Source: Octopus bimaculoides (lineage: Eukaryota). Taken from it: 48,863 bases of DNA. Shown here piece after piece: positions 47,442-48,863 of this stretch. Positions within the stretch are counted from its first letter, which is position 1, and each line of letters starts with the position of its first letter. The notes under the pieces are model-generated. The model did no database searches. It was not told the DNA's origin and saw only the letters and a program-made list of their open reading frames with translations. A program made the translations under genes and the position numbers. Location: positions 52,704,928-52,753,790 of the forward strand of contig NC_068997.1 of NCBI RefSeq assembly GCF_001194135.2, read 5' to 3'.

Positions 47442-47481
47442 ATTCCAATATTTCGGAGATAGGACCCCTTCTTCAAGAAAT
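47442..47481 (-). ncRNA. Minimal type-I hammerhead ribozyme motif (PLE-type, C3-to-U variant)
   Basis: Minus strand atttc-TTGAAGA-a-gggg-tcctat-ctcc-GAAA-tat-t-ggaat: helix I 5 bp, helix II 4 bp, palindromic helix III ATAT. Confidence 0.65.
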
Positions 47482-47679
47482 CATCGGCGAAATGGTGTTA
47501 CGAGCTGACTCCTCTCCAGAAATATTGAAGTACAAAGTTCAAACCATCACCTTGCATTATTTCTTAGAACTTGCATTGTTTTGCTTTTATAAACACACAC
47601 ACACACACACACACACATGCATGTTGATGTTTGTATGTGTGAGCATGTGTGTGTGTGTGTGTGTATATATATTCTTTTT

Positions 47680-47872
47680 TTCTTTTATTCTTTTACTTGT
47701 TTCAGTCATTTGACTGTGGTCATGTTGGATCACCATCTTTAGTCACGCATAACTTAGCAAATCAGCAGAAAGAGACTGATAGAATAAGGTCCAAACTTCA
47801 AAAACTGGGGTTGATTTGCTTGACTAAATTCTTCAAAGTAGTGCCCCAACATGGCCACAGTCTAAAGAATAA
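47680..47872. mobile_element. Divergent pair of SINE A tails (47680-47740 -, 47745-47872 +)
   Basis: Family A tail motif on both strands. Confidence 0.75.
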
Positions 47873-48432
47873 AATGTGTGTATGCATATATTAAGGGTTC
47901 TACATGGCTGTCTTGTAATGAATACCATTCTCAAATTATTAGTGACCCCATTGATATAAAGCACTTGCTGAAGTGTAGTGCAGGGTGGGATGGAACTAGG
48001 CACTGCATGGTTATGAAGCACACATCCTTAACCACACGGCTAAATGTGTTCTCATAAATTTACACCAAATCAAGCACGCCTGCTCAGGTATTTTAACCTC
48101 GTTAACCAAGGTGAAAAAGTTCTCGTCTCTTATACTTCCTTATAGTCACCCTTCTCAGACCGATTCTTCACCTTCGATTCTGTTGACCAATTTAAAACCA
48201 TCTTGGAGAAAATTAGAAACTGTAATGTATAAGAGTACTGATTAATATTTTTCTTTTTGACACAAATTACCCACTCGTTAGCTAATTGTCAACACCATCA
48301 GCTTCTTTTAATTGAAATTCTCTCAACCATTTATGAGCAGCACCAAATTCTTCTAAAAGTTCCAAACTTTTTTTCGGTGTCCAGTAGTGTCTTCTTTTTC
48401 TTTTATTATTATCCCAGTTGCCTCAGTATCAC

Positions 48433-48523
<91 letters not shown>

Positions 48524-48540
48524 TAGTAGTAGTAGTATTA
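48433..48540. repeat. (ATT)n then (AGT)n microsatellite
   Basis: Direct. Confidence 0.95.
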
Positions 48541-48863
48541 TACAAGTTTCAGTTGTTTTTGTTTTAGATCATCCTTGCTCAAACAATGACTGCTACTGTT
48601 GTTGCTGTTGTTATTGTAGTAAAAGTAGCAGTGGTTGTAGTAGTAGTAGCTGTTGTTGTTGTGGTTGTTGTATGACTTATAAAACATTGTAATTAAGATT
48701 GCTAATTGGAACTATCCGGCAGGAGAAGTGATTCCAAAGCAAATTACAGTAATTGGGAAAGATGGACTGAAGTAATCAATTAGCTATTTCCATCCACACA
48801 CATATATATACACACACATACATACATGCATATATACATATACACACATACCCACCCACCTAC

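Noticed and set aside
48060-48230. FDSVDQFKTILEK resembling a CR1/L2-type RT C-terminus
   Set aside because: One short motif; needs BLASTX.
240-48692. Most ORF-track entries (poly-IY, HT, CV, SL, H/T/P runs and X-runs)
   Set aside because: They are translations of microsatellites or N-gaps and carry no coding signal.

Overview
This window is eukaryotic, AT-rich, microsatellite-saturated DNA with about 10 assembly gaps. The repeat families look like those of an octopod cephalopod; this is inferred from recalled family resemblance, not from a search. No long ORF is real: nearly all of the ORF track is translated (TA)n, (CA)n or (CAT)n repeat, or N-runs. Most of the window is nested mobile-element debris: several tRNA-headed SINE families, many 5'-truncated RTE-LINE 3' ends, a BovB-like RTE remnant, MULE and Helitron transposase fossils, a hAT MITE inside a piggyBac-like MITE, and two long fold-back elements. 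The strongest RNA-level signal is three separate minimal type-I hammerhead ribozyme motifs of the Penelope-like-element (PLE) kind (2900-2990 +, 43716-43761 +, 47442-47481 -), each with a different palindromic helix III. Other items are a pre-miRNA-like hairpin, a tRNA-Tyr pseudogene fragment, a decayed 21-bp/7-codon mucin-like array and weak candidate minus-strand exons that I cannot assign to a gene. Coordinates were counted by eye. Ends of degenerate repeats are approximate (about +/-10 nt). Family labels A, B, D, F, G, H and I are my own working names.
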